A DNA stretch of 58,988 nt, counting the filler, from Platydemus manokwari (taxonomy: Eukaryota), in assembly GCA_037951405.1 (NCBI GenBank). It is 5 parts of 5 records of this genome, joined end to end, with 100 filler letters (N's around TTAATTAATTAA, not from the genome) between each part and the next. Parts side by side here need not be neighbours in the genome. Positions count along the whole stretch, not along the records: positions 14,439 to 30,543 come from JBBMOY011214766.1; 4 more parts are not named here. One strand, 5' to 3'. This document shows positions 14,439 through 28,599 of this stretch, in pieces (the stretch's first letter is position 1; the number at the start of each line of letters is the position of its first letter). The position numbers and the translations under genes are program-made. Below the pieces are notes generated by a model. It saw nothing but the letters and a program-made list of their open reading frames with translations. It ran no database searches and had not been told where the DNA came from.

Positions 14439-15856
14439 CGACCGATTTTTTATTTATTAATTAAAAATGGTTTATTTAGATTAAGTTTATTTTTCCCATT
14501 TGCTTATCATGGTTTCCATATATTAATTCCCATTTTGCTAGCTCGATATTATTCTAATTGCTTTTCACTTATTTTAACCTGCTGTGTTTATTATTTATTT
14601 ATGTCTTTCTTGATGCTGATAATAATGTTATTTCAATATTTAAGATTATTTATATTTAAATATATATATTAAAGTAATACTTTTCATAATAGTAATTATA
14701 AAATAATTTATTTCAATAAACTATTCCTATCGACATTTCACATTGTTATATCTCCACATGCAATTTTATACAGCTTTATACATTATCATATTTACTATTG
14801 TTATGTAAAAACAAATTCATTGCTAAAACGTAATTTGTTAAATATTATGAAATAAAAATTTCATTTAAAGAATATTTGATTCGTTTATAAAGTGTAATTT
14901 TTAAATAGAGAACTAAAATATTTTTACACTTCTTTGGTTAAAAATTATTCAAATTTTTTTTCAAATTGTCACGACGTTGAGTATTCGATCAAATATCAAT
15001 AAGATACGAAATATTGAATATGGATTTTAACACTTTAGAAAAATGTTTTGTTTGCATATAGCATTGTGGTATATACTTTCGCAACAATTCAAGAATAAAA
15101 AACAATTTATAAGAAATGAATTTATTAAATTATAATATAAATTTCATTATTGCAAAAGGCTTTTTAATTTTATGAAAATCATTTAAAAAGATTTCTTTCA
15201 AATTATTTCTATCAGTTGAAAATATTATATAGAAATCATCATTTTGCTTTATTTCTTCAATTCATTCAAGATACCTACATTGATTAATAAAATACGAATA
15301 TAAATTTTGACTTTTACAACTACTATTTTTACTTGGATTACAGTGGCAAGTATTGAAATAAAATAACTGTTTTATAATGTCACATTTAGAACCTGATATT
15401 TACTGAACAACCAAGTAAACGAGATAAACATTTAATAACTTAATATGAACTTTCAATGATTTCCGAAATAATTGAATTACACAGCAATATAACGAATTCG
15501 ATGCGTTAATTTCAAAGCAATTTTTGTGAATGGTTAAAATATATGGCACAGAATTATTCATCATTTGATTTTATTATTCATTTATTGGAATCAAAAATGA
15601 AAACTATCCTACAATCAAAATTTACACATATATTTCGAGCAAATTTCAATTTTAATTCTGGTAAAATAATTAAAAGTTATCATAGCATGAACCAAATTTT
15701 TATGTTCAAATTAAGATCATCATCATAATCAATAAGTACAAATCGATGATTACAAAATAAACAAATCCTTTTGAAAAATTTCACTCAATTAATAACCACA
15801 CACAAATTTATTCAACATTAATACTCGGATTAATATTCAATGATAATAATCGTAAC

Positions 15857-18800
15857 TTAATTTGATGCTTTGTCGAGGGCTTCTCTCAAACAAATCTTCT
15901 CATCGTCGGACAAATTTTGGACGCATTGACTAAATAATTGCTCATTTCCTTGAATCATTCTTATGATGGCTAAACAACGACGATAGACTTCATTTTCCAC
16001 CGGTAGGGCTTCTTTTGTGATGCATGTAGCGATAGATTTGACAACGCGAACCAAATTACTATTGTCTGATCCGATAATTGTGGGATTGTTTCCTTCCAAT
16101 AAATCACACAAATAACCATAAACATATGGTGTTTCTTCATCATCTTCATAAACAGGCAACCATGTCAACCACACAGCCAAAAATTGGTTCACATCACCAC
16201 CTGGAACACAGCTGGGTTGATATTTGCAAATTTTGGTAAGAGCACTGATCACATTCTCTGTCGACAAATTGATGTCGACATCTCGACAATCTTTTGCATT
16301 CATAATGCGCATCATTATCATACTGACATCTCTCAAGAATGGCTGGTATTGTTGACCACCGTTCATGGCCATCAAACCGAACCCATAAGCGGCAGCTTGT
16401 CTGACTTCAGGCATTTGATGTTCGATAGCGCTTCTGAAAACGTGTAAAAAGTTGCAACAATATTGGAAACTGTTTTGTCCGGTGAATTCGATCAGGTCGT
16501 CAAGGAAACACAATCCATACTGCAAATCAGTCCATGGTCGAGAGGTATCGAGCAATTTGATGACGTAATCTGAAATCTGTTGGAAAAATTGAAGAGCATC
16601 GTTTTTATAGACCTTGAATATAGCATGATTGATTCCAACCAATTTACTCAAAATGTTGTCGTCATCATCTTTATCGTTTTCCAAATTTTCCTCCTCTTCA
16701 TCATCGTAATCGTCGGACTTTCTTTTGGCTGCACGTTCTTCTTGATTTTTGAAAATCACATCAAAATATTTCTTCATAGATTCACACAAACTCTCCAATC
16801 GTTCCTGATTCATACAGCCGACACCCATCTTTTCGATTCCTTCAGCAATGGCGCCCAACATATCGGCTTGTTGCAATTTTTCTTCTTCATTTTTCAATGC
16901 TTGCAACAGACTGGTAATCATTTCATTCCAAATATTATTTCTCGCCACTTCACCCAACGGCACCGAACTGTCAATCAAGAACGGAATGATATCGGCAGCA
17001 GCACTTCTCACATCGTCATTCAAATAAAATTTCAACAACGGCAACATGATTTTCGTCACATCATACACGTATGGAGCGAATTCTTCTTTCAATTCACGAG
17101 CATAACAAATCAACATCTGACAAGCATTGATTTTGTCTTCAATGCCACTGGTATTGATGGCAACGTTCTGATCTTGACCGACACGAACCACTTGCCAATC
17201 CTTGTCCATATCTTCGGTATCCTCATCGTACATGAAGCACGTTTCCGGTTTCATATCAGCTGTTTTCATCACCGGGCCCATCACATATTCCAAATATGGT
17301 GCAAAATCCTTGCCCATCAATTTACAAATCCGAGCCCAAGCACTGATCATGTAGCTGTGTTGAGGATCATCAGCACTCATTTCTTCACCGGCTTGAGCGT
17401 GCACCAACATATTCATCACATCCGTTGCATCCGTCAAGAATTTCTCCTTGCCAACAGCCAACCCCATCAAACTGATGCATTCGATCGATTTGCCTCTCAA
17501 CAATCGGAGATTTTCCGTGTTGCAATTCTGCATAATCCATTTCATGATCGGCATAAAGCTCGGATAATAGGCTTCGAATTTCTTGCCAGCCGTGTCCGAT
17601 ACGGCAGCAATGGTGGTGACAACTTGTTCCAAAACCAATTTCTTGTTGTCCTGAACGAGTGTGTTGCATTTACTGTTGAGAACTTGCAACAATTTGTCCA
17701 CCAACACTGGCAAATACATGCACAACACTTCTTTCGGAGCTCCTTCACAGAAATTCGTCAATGCCGAACAAGCATAAGCTTGGACGCGGGGGTTGGCGTT
17801 GTCATCCAGAACGGCAATCAACGATGGCATGACCTTGTCGTGATAAGATGTTTGCAATTTCGGCTCGAAATCACTGGACATTTGGCCCAGACATACCGAT
17901 GCAGCATATCGAACACGTGGATGTGGATCGCCTAATAATTGGACGACTTCCGTTAGAATGTTGCCAAGCATTTCGCTCATGACCTTTTGCAAACCTTCGC
18001 CCATACTGGAAATTGCTTTCAAACCACCGTGTCGTTGTTTCCAATCAGGACTGTGCAACATAACGGGCACAGTTTGTGTTATTTCCTCCAATAAACGTTT
18101 GCCACGCATAGCAACAGCCAATCGATCCAGATTGATTTCAGCTGTGATATGATTGGAAGAATCGTCTTCGATTTCCTCTTCATCGATATTGGACCAGTTG
18201 GGATCATCTTCAATCTCAGTCAACATCTACAAACACACACTAATTCAATATCCAAATATATATAAATAATAACTTTAAACAAGTATTGAATGATTTCATG
18301 GCTGATATTTGCACATTTTCTCACAGCATTGGTGCTTGTTTCACTCAGAGAAACAAATATTTCGATGGCCAAATGTTTTTGAACTTCTTCGATTTCATCG
18401 TTTTGAAGGATCTTTGAAAAGAAAAATTAAAATAATTTACAAACGATTTTACACAATAATAATAATAACAAAAATGAATCATAATGAAACAATCTGATAA
18501 GATTATAAATGTTATCTAATTGACACAAAAAATTGTATAATAAATAAATAAATCCATGTCCGATTACATTGACAATGTTTGTATGAAAAAAATTATCAAA
18601 TAAAATAAACCTACAGTCATGCACAATTGCAAAATCTGTGACACACTCGTCTTCAAAAAGCCCGGAGCATCATCAACTAATTCAATGAAACTCTTCATCA
18701 CATTATCTTCGAATGGGTTTTCTTGAATGGAATCCAAAATTGCTTGTAAAACCATTGGTATAAGAGATCTTAATTGAAGAACAGCTTGATTATCTTCGAA

Positions 18801-19421
18801 TTCCAAAATGATAAAAGAACAAAATGCTTTCACAGCGCATTCTCGAACTTCAATCGACTGTTTAGCGCCAGCTTCGTTTGTAGGACTAAGACATTTGCTG
18901 AGAGTTGTTCCAACAATATTAAAATTTTCATGTTGATTGACAGAAAGAACATTTGGTAATGTTGTAAACAAATGAAGCCCGGTTACTTTAAGAGCATCAT
19001 TGTCACTATTGATGCAAATATTAAAAATGAAATTCAATAAATCAAGCCAAAGGAAATTTCCATCATCACTAAATTGATGTTTGGCAACTTCTGATGTTAT
19101 TTCGGTTAACTTTTTTCGAACGGTGTATTCGGTTTCTTGTAATATCAATTTTAAAAGTTCGTTTTTAATAGAATTTTGATGATCAACAGGAAGATGTTCG
19201 AAAGCCTCTTCGTATGATACGTCTAATAATCTTCTGCATAACACTCCTGAAAAAATTCGATTTTTAGGATCTTCATCTTTCTTTGATATAATATTCATTA
19301 AGTAATTAAATTTCGATGGAATTGAAATGCGTTCATACGTTTCTTCGGCAGAAGAACGTATGTTATTCTCAGCACTTTGTAAACTCTCTAATAAAGCCTT
19401 AAATTGTACAAGTTCCGACAT
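15857..19421 (-). CDS. IPO5: Importin-5 / karyopherin beta-3 (complete, 3 coding exons, ~1,104 aa)
   Basis: Exons 19421-18615, 18411-18274 (ILQNDEIEEVQKHLAIEIFVSLSETSTNAVRK..., not in the ORF track) and 18226-15857; both introns phase 0, GT-AG. HEAT-repeat signatures DWKQRHGGLKAISSMGEG, DPHPRVRYAA, PRVQAYA, LRLLRGKSIECISLMGLAVGKEKF, DDPQHSYMISAWARICK, PEVRQAAAYG. Confidence 0.97.
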
Positions 19422-22400
19422 CTAAATTATATTAGTGCATTATTAGGAAAAATAAACAAATATAAAAATTCACTTAAATAATTTTCAATGTGCAACACTT
19501 AATTATAAATTTTAAATAAATGACAATAGTTAAACAATTTAAATATTACAATATATTTATTAAACTGATTAAATCATTATTAATTTAGAATGGAAATTTG
19601 AGCTTTAACTAAAAAATACTTAGTTTAACCGCACATAATTAAAATTAATTTTCGACTTTAATTTGATTTTATTTATATTTTTTCTAAATATTCACGCATT
19701 TTAGGTATAAAAATCTCAGTTACAGGAATGACTAAGCCATTTGAATGCTTAACAGAATCATATTTAATCGACTTTAACCGATGCGCATAATCGACTCAAA
19801 CTACTTGCAAATAAATTTTAAGTATCACAACAAATGTTAATTTTACTTTTATCTTGTAAATACTGCATATGATTTTGTCACATTTAATTTTTGGACTGGA
19901 AATAAAATAAAATAGTGATATCAATAGATTTTATATCTTAATAAATAATTTGAAATTTTTAATTTGAGAAACATATTTTGCTCGTCCATGCTATTTGTTT
20001 GCAACTTTTTTGTTTTGTATTTTTTTAATAAATAGAAATATTAAATTTCCTATAGCGGGTAATTGGTTAAAAAAAATTTAAACAACCTGGAAACAAGAAT
20101 AATTTGTATAGAGAGGTTGTATTGAGTTTCAAAATTATCAATGATCAAGGTTTGAACTATCGTCAGAATCATTTTTGGAACCAGGTTGTTTGATATCATG
20201 ATTACTCACGTATATAGTGTTGTAATTTTGTAATAAATTAGTCTTGCTTCCTATAAAAACCGAGTTACCTTAGAGATTTTTGTGAATAATTTAAGTGGTA
20301 ATTTTAGAACCAAAAGCAAATTATTATGAGAGTATAATAAACGTTTAATTTGACTAGCATATAGCCTCATTATTTTAGTACTGAAGTTATTAGATGTTCG
20401 ACATCGAATAAATAGCTTTAAAATACGCAAATCTGAATTTAAGCCGTTGGTTTTACAAAGATAGCCCAGGAACTACATATTATGTACTATAACCAACATT
20501 GAGAAATCAATACAGCTAAATACAAAAATTGTAACAAAAAAGATTAACTAAAATGGATATTTGAAAATGAGTGAAGATTATCTTATAGATAACTTAATAG
20601 CTCACTTGATTTATACGATTCTATATATAACTTTAGTGAGTTACAAACGTGATCTTCCGAGGTATTAATCTATTACTTCAAATGATAATTGTTCGATTTA
20701 TGTCAAATTTCCATATTTTACTTTCAAGTACTACAAATTTCACTACTACCGTAAAAGATTTCAGTTTGCCAAGTTTCCGGTTTTAATAAGCAGAAAATTC
20801 ACCTTAATTTTTGATTGTATTTCTCAGAAACACTGTAAATGTATTTATACCAATTTTATGACTTAATGCTAGTGAAATTTTTTATTTACAAACCCTTTTG
20901 TCTATCACAGAAAATGATTAATTTTATTCAATATCTATTATTTGTTTTATTTTGATTTTCCGGTGATTAATTGTGATTGATCAATTTAATGATGTATATT
21001 TCTTTATTAATCATTATGATGTCTGATTATTAAATGAAAAATGATTTACTTTAATTTGTGACATAATATCTGTCAAATCGATTTTTCACTTAGTATTTAT
21101 AATTCACTATTTTTCTTTGGTAATCATCATATTATTATTATAAATATAAATATAATTTTATAAATTATAAATTAGGAATATACTAATTATGAATTATAAA
21201 TAGCAACGTTTAATGTCTTTTGTACCCAATATGATTTAATTTGCAAGCTTGGTTGAGCTGGCTTCATCTAGTTCTCCAGATCCAAGGTAACCGTATTCCA
21301 TTTCTCCCACATACATCGATGCTTGGCCCAGCCACACTGCCCTAACCATGAAAATTGGAGGCAGTCTTCATAACTTCCTGAATGATAGTTATTGAGATAC
21401 GTCCCCTTTCGAGATCTAGAAATTTCAAACAAAAAAAATCCTTTTTTAACAAAAGCAGAAATGAAGACTCAAGACCCGGAGCCACGTACAATCTGATAAA
21501 TCATTACAATTAATAATGATATGTATTTGATTTGACAATTTAATGTGGTTTATTTATAAAGCTGGCAATGTGTGTCGCAAAATTAAAAATCTTAAGTTGT
21601 AGAGAATTTATCTTAATTTCAATATTTTTCCATAATCTTTATTTGATTTAAAAAAAAATTATGTAGGATAAGATAATGATAATCTATTGACCAAATCATA
21701 ATAACAGTAAATCAAATGATAAATTACAAGCATTGGTAGAAGAACACTCTGAAGAACACAATAATATTATAATAACAATAAGAAATAATGCGCCGGTTTA
21801 TGATTATAAATAGAAATTGAACATAACAAATTAACCATAATCACACCCACACAAAGTCATATAACCAGTATAAGCAGGCACAGTTTGTGAAAAATTGACA
21901 GAAATTGAAACTAATGACATTTTTTAATAACATTTATTTATCTTTGTCGTTTTCCTCGCAAATTATCCACACAATTGGGGTTATTATTTTGCATTTGGCA
22001 ATTAAATCGTTTTTGTTTTTTCCCTCCGATAACTAAAATCTTTAATATTTAATATATTTTTCATACATGACTTCTTTTTTCATTTATTGATAAGTGTATT
22101 TAAATTACAATGGAGAGTTTACGATTGTGGTAATTGTGTCATAAATTTTTAAATATGATTATGATTATTAAACCATTTATTTCGGGCGTTTGTTAATGTC
22201 GATTAAAATTCAGTCTAATAAACATTCCATTAATATATATTCACACTGGTTAGTGAGATCCTAATTGAAAGAACAAATGACCGATAAAGAGGTTAACATT
22301 AATTATGTTTATTTGTCTTTGAGTTAATATCATTTTTATTGCAAAAACCGAACGAGTTGTTTTAACTAATATTTGCGTGTTAATTGTATTGTTAATGTTT

Positions 22401-23999
22401 GGGACTATCAAGAATTTGAATGACAATGATTCCGTATTAGTTGTATGGAATAATTCTGAATATTTTTAATGTAAATTCTGGAAGTTATACGGTTGATAAA
22501 ATTCAATATAAATTAGATCCGGAATAATCTGGTTAAACTAGTTTATAATATCTATCAAAGTAAAACAACTTAAAAACTCTTTCAAATTTCCCCCTATAAT
22601 AAAATTATTCATAAAATAATAAAAATAAAAATATATTATAACACAATAAATGAATTGTCTCCCATTATCGCGGATAGTAGATAAAAATAATAAAGCAGAC
22701 TAAAATTAGCAATGCATTAAATTTAATTACCGAGAATTGATCTCTTCTATAATAAAATTAATTGCGGAGAATTTCTCTCTGCAACAGTAAATTCCAGTCT
22801 ATTAAACACCGTGACTCATTGCTGCTTGTATAAAGTAGTAATCGCAATAAATACATGCACAATTGTTACAAACGAAATCAGGCTGTGGTTTACAGTATAG
22901 AAGCACGATAATACATGACATCAAAATTACAATCAATCGGAGAACGGGATTCAAAATCTCCATACGCCCAGTGCACTTAATATAAGATTCAAAGCCTTGG
23001 GGAAATAAGGTAAGATTTTAAAGTATAAAATCATCAACTATTGATTTCATCAATCGCTTATTCTTTCTATTTATCGGGTGTGATCTTGAAATCCTCTCAC
23101 GAGAGTTTATTAACCTTAGATCTTCTAGAATTATGCAGAAAGATTTGTAAGTTTTGTATATACGAGTATTTTAAACCATTATATTAATAAATGATGTATA
23201 TTTGTAATTGGTATGTTGGGTTGTGCAAGTTCTTTTAATTAGTGTTATATATAGAGTTATATATAAATTGATTATATTTATTATCAAAAATAATACAATA
23301 CACAATAAAATCAGCTCAAACTAATTCGACTCAAACAAAGTTTATTATAAAAAAATGGGTGAAATTATCTCGCCGGGAAGGGGAGAATTTATTTTCCTTG
23401 TTCCTATAAATTTGAATATAAAATTTATTATATAACAGTTAATTTAGTTTAGATAGAAGATTGTTATTACTGATTATTGTTAAGTATTGTTTATAATTAT
23501 TAGAGCTTAATTTTTACCGATCGTTGCCAAATTATTAAAGTTCATATGTTGCTATAATAAAGTTCTGAAAGTCGATATTCTTGAAGAAGTTTTTCTTAAG
23601 GGTTTTTTTTAAAGAGTGAATTGTGATGGAAATCAATCAGCTTATATAGATGCTGAGATTCGGTACTTTGTATCTAAAATTTTCCATCACTTTTGCAATT
23701 TTTAACCATTTTTGTCACTTTGCTCCTTAATTATTTATCATTTTAAAAGTGATTTAAATAATTCATTGATTTGATTGACATTACAAATTTTACCATATAA
23801 TTTGTCAATCTTTAAAATTATTAATTAAATTCATTTTTATTCTTTATTTATTTTATGATTATAAATATTTGATTTATAAATAATAATATATATTTTATTG
23901 AAATATTTGAAATCAGAAATTTACAAGATATTATAAAAATTATAATCAATTATCAAATTTGCACAATTATAAAAGCTTTTATCAGATATCAAATATGCA

Positions 24000-25017
24000 C
24001 AAGGGTTAAAGTAAACTGTCATCAATGTTTGAGTATTTCTCTGGAATGTCGAATGAATATTTTGAGTTGTCGAATAGGCTGTTGGAGCAGTACCAGTTGA
24101 TTTTCTTACTGACTTCTAGACATCATTATTCATACTACAGTTTCTCATTTCCTATGTCTTCCATTTCGGGTTTGTTTTGATTGGTGCAGTGGGGTTTTTA
24201 AACTCATTTTGGGATGTTTGGGCTTTGACTGATTGGGGCAGTTATGTAGGCTGTGATGTAGATGTATGCAATAATATGTTTTTCTCTGTCATTGCTTGCA
24301 GATGTTTCTCACCGGTTATTTGGCTCTTCCATTCACCATATGAACTTATGGTAATGGGAGTTTTTCTTCGTCGCCCTCCTCACCATCTGAATAGAGCACT
24401 AGCCAGTTAATGGTTACCTAACATGCGTATTAACAATAAAAATGTATTCATAAAGCAATAGTGTTTTAATATTGTACTTGGTAGGTGCCATAAGGTTTCA
24501 CATAATTTTAATTAATAAAATCACCTTCAAAACCACCTTATTATCTTTTAGTAAGGTGCAATTGAGACAGTTAGAAGTTAATAATTTGATAAATAGTTAT
24601 AAATCTAATACAGCAGTACCTAGAGCCACTCAACATGTCTGCATAAGTGCATTAAAGTTAATCGAGGCGACAGAAAATCATAATATTAGATCAATTGTGA
24701 CCCATTGGTCTTTAGAACTCTGAAGTATTGATAAGATGTAGGCATTTTGAACTAGCATCAACTCTGTTAATTCAAAATTAATCTTTTTGTGAAATAGTAA
24801 ATTATCTTGCGAAGCTCTATAAATGACTCAATAAGTACATATTCAAGTAACTAAATAATTGTAAGAAATTAGATCATATCTACATGTCCTACATTTCATT
24901 AGTTTGCAACTTAATCTACTTTGACATGCTTTTGTTTAAGTTGTTTATGTTTTATAAATCATTTGGGTTCAGAAGGATTTTGGTTCGTTTAAAGTTTTTA
25001 TATTGTGCCTGACTCCA
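24000..25017 (-). mobile_element. Possible decayed LTR-retrotransposon fragment (LTR-like end plus degenerate gag-like sequence)
   Basis: The minus strand begins TGGAGTCAGGCA at 25017, a motif also present at 43644-43655. TTCAGAAGGATTT(T)GG(T/C)TCGTT is shared with 42366-42386. Stop-interrupted Q/T/P-rich coding-like sequence follows. No diagnostic enzyme motif. Confidence 0.3.
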
Positions 25018-26184
25018 AAGGCGCACTAATAGAAATAGTGATAATAATTTTAATGTAAATAAATGAAAATAAACGAAAATATAATAATATAATTAAATTC
25101 AATGACGTACAGTTATCTAATAATAAAAATTAAAAAATATCAAATTATAATGATTAATCAGGTTTTTCTTTTTAATAACAGTGTTTTTAATTAAACACTA
25201 TTATTTTGTAATGGAATTTAATAGAAGAGCGGCAAGGTCATTTTATTCAAGTTTAAGATAGTTGGGACCTACAAAATTCGGCAGATAAGAGAATCTGAGT
25301 TTGAACTAGATTTTAGATGATTAATAGACAAGTGATTGGAGAAGACCCAAGTTACTTTTAATTAAAATGCTTAATAGAATTATCATATCAAAACACATTA
25401 AATAATTAAGAATAATGATAAGATTAAATTTACTTTGTTAGGACAATTCTGCAGTAAATATCTTTTCTTCTAATTTTGATCGATTGGTAATCGTTATTAT
25501 GCACTTGATTTTTCTGACACTTATGGATAGACAATTATAGATTGTTTATGTGAAATAATTGTGGGTTTTTCTATAATTAACTACGAACTTCTGACTATAA
25601 TAACAGTAGGCCTTTTTATGAGTAACTGTTTTTCTTTTGTACTACTTCTCTTTTTCCTTTTGACTGATTGTTATTTTGTGTTATTTTTATATTTTATCTA
25701 TACTATTTTTCGGTTTTCAACTTCTTTAAGTTCTAATTTTAGTATCTTCTAATTATTTTTCTATTTTTGATATTAATAAATTTAATTTATATAATTTCTA
25801 TTTTTAGAGGGTTTTGGTGCCTGCTTTTCTTCAAAATTTTTATGTATGATTTTATTATTATTTATTTTGAGGAGGCATTTGATACCCAACCATTTTCAAT
25901 TGATTATTTCCCGGAGATTTTAAAGCTTCTGATTTTAAACTAGTAAGTCTTTAAATACTTAGACAAAATCAAATTATTGGTAAATGCTTTCAATAAAAGT
26001 TATATCATGATTAAAATTAAATAATAAATTTTCATTGGTGGATGAATTTTTCAGCTTGAAAATTTTAATCAAATAATCCAATACTAAATTTGCTTCTTAA
26101 AAAAATTTCTTGTGCCGCACCCGTTTATAAACTAGTTATTCTGTAATATTAACTTTAATTTTTAATAATTATATACTCCATTTT

Positions 26185-26357
26185 NNNNNNNNNNNNNNNN
26201 NNNNNNNNNNNNNNNNNNNNNNNNNNNNNNNNNNNNNNNNNNNNNNNNNNNNNNNNNNNNNNNNNNNNNNNNNNNNNNNNNNNNNNNNNNNNNNNNNNNN
26301 NNNNNNNNNNNNNNNNNNNNNNNNNNNNNNNNNNNNNNNNNNNNNNNNNNNNNNNNN
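26185..26357. other. Assembly gap (173 N) within a scaffold
   Basis: Plain N run without the TTAATTAATTAA core. Confidence 0.95.
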
Positions 26358-28599
26358 CTTAAAATATGAATTAAAAGAATAATTAAATATAAAGTGATAT
26401 CAAATGTTATACATTATAACTTCGAATTAAATGATTGGAAACAAACAAATATCACAATAATAAATAAATAAATCGCAATGTGATAAGTAAATAAATTAAG
26501 AACACGTTACATATAATTAGTACAGTAAAATCATGAAGCACAACAGATATGGCCAAATAAACATGGTAATTTATTTGAATATTTCGATTGGTTGTTTGTT
26601 TAGGATGCGAAGTTTAAAAACTCTGAATTAAATTAGAAAACTAAAGCTGTATCAGTGACGTTGAGAAAGTTTAACAGGAAACACCTAGTTAGCGTGTAGC
26701 AATGCTCGATAACCAATCATAGCACTTCTTATCGACTGGTAAAAGGAGATGATTCTGATAATATATTTATTACAATGGTTTAAAAACGAATTCAAATTAC
26801 TGTATTTTTAAATGAAAAATTAAATTATTAAAACAATCGAATTAATTTTTCTCTTTCTCTTTATGAAATCAACGACTGATAACTTTATGACGATTAAATT
26901 TTTACATTACGATAATAATTTAGTTCTCTCCTAAACCGTCGTACTTATAAGTGGATTTTGATTCTGTTTGCCGAATAATCTTTCAACAGCTCCTCAGAAT
27001 ATTGATCAGGTTTTTCTTGAAAAATTCAGTTTTTGATTTGGATAAATTTCGTGTTTGTTTATTTTTCTTTATTCATCTCTAGAGTTCTTGATTTATCATG
27101 AAATAAATATAAAAAAGAAACAATAACGGAGGCTAACGACATTTGACCATTGACAACTACACACATGGAAATAGTATCAAAGGAATTGTTTAAGTGAGAA
27201 TCAATATGATTAAGATCTAACAATATAAAAATAAGGCATGCAGACCACGAAAACAAACAAACCATTAATTATCTAAAAATATATTTAGCACACAAGCTTG
27301 TAATAGCTCTCAATATTATAGCGCCAAATATATAAATATATCATTAGATTAATGTGGAAGTAATTAATTACTATATATGGAATAACTGATGTATTGCTCT
27401 ATTCTGACCATCTGTGTGCCGGTCAATGTTAGATTGACCGTCAATTTTAAAGAACATGTAACGTTTTTATTCCATGCTTTGGGTTTTGAAGCACGGAAAA
27501 AATATAAATAAACAAAATTTTGTTTAAATGAACACCCGTGTATAATAATAATAATAATTATTATTATTATAATTATTATTATCATTATGAATCATTTATT
27601 CTTATTTTGTTAATATTGATGCAATTTACTCTTTTAAAACTGATATTATGCAACAAATGAGATCATAAGTGGTATGATAAAAATTTAACAAAAAGTTATT
27701 TTAGTTGTGATATCTTTCATAAAGATTATTTTTAATTGAAAGTGGTTATTCTCTCTTAAATAGAGTAAATATTCACAATAATTGCAAGTAAAAATAAGAA
27801 TCAAACATTTAAGGTAATAAAATGGACTTGCTGATTGTCTTAATTTAAGAGCCCAATTTACTTTCTGAAGAGCTATAATTACATGAATCTTTATCCAGGA
27901 TACTCTTCTGAATTCAGTGAACACTCATCTAACCAATGTTTTTAGGGTCAAGGTCAAATTTTCGACCACAGATCGGGGGTGATTGGCAATAGATTTGTGA
28001 ATTAACTTAATTACAAAAAACTTATTTGCTCAGCATCTGTTCACCTCAGAACTCTTGTTGCAATCTTGAATTGCATGCAATTAACCACATGATAATATTC
28101 TCTAACAGGTGACCAACTTGACAACTGAACTTATGAGACAGCAGGTCTAAATGTCAAGTTTAAGAAGCTAAAGAATTCATATTTTGTCTCCTAAAGTCAA
28201 GAGTGTGACTGAAAGCAATACAACAAGAACTCATATTATAACCAATCAAGTATATCTTAATAATAAAAATAATAATTGATTAAGATTTGAATGACAAACC
28301 ATTCATAAACAATAACATAATACGGAAAAATAAAAAATTATTTTCAAATACAAATATTCCCGACAAAAGCTCTGAGCTGCATTAATAAACCGGATAATGC
28401 CTGTATCACATGTTTGTTTCTTATATTGTCTTTCTTTTTTAGTCCTCTTGTTTTTGGTTGTTCGTCACCATCGATTGATCAATATTGTTCAGGACCATTA
28501 AAACTTTCTCGAATTTGTCATCGGTTTCTATACAGTCACCTGGCATTACATACTGCATTAATTGTTACTTGATTCCTCATGAACTATCTATGCTTTATT

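Noticed and set aside
16580-17935. 451-aa + strand ORF as an independent gene
   Set aside because: It lies in exact antisense register to IPO5 and has the H/I/F/Q-rich composition of a shadow ORF with no domain. Kept only as a codon-bias observation.
22930-23010. tRNA T-arm-like sequence on the minus strand (TTTGAATCCC)
   Set aside because: No cloverleaf or A-box, and the TTC motif is degenerate.
22515-26136. Two hairpin-plus-CTAGT motifs (22519-22542 and 26111-26136) resembling Helitron 3' ends
   Set aside because: The hairpins are short or imperfect, and no 5' TC end or second copy is identifiable.
26960-27005. Minus-strand CTGAGGA-GCTGTT-GAAA resembling a minimal hammerhead ribozyme core
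   Set aside because: Stems I and III cannot be formed convincingly.
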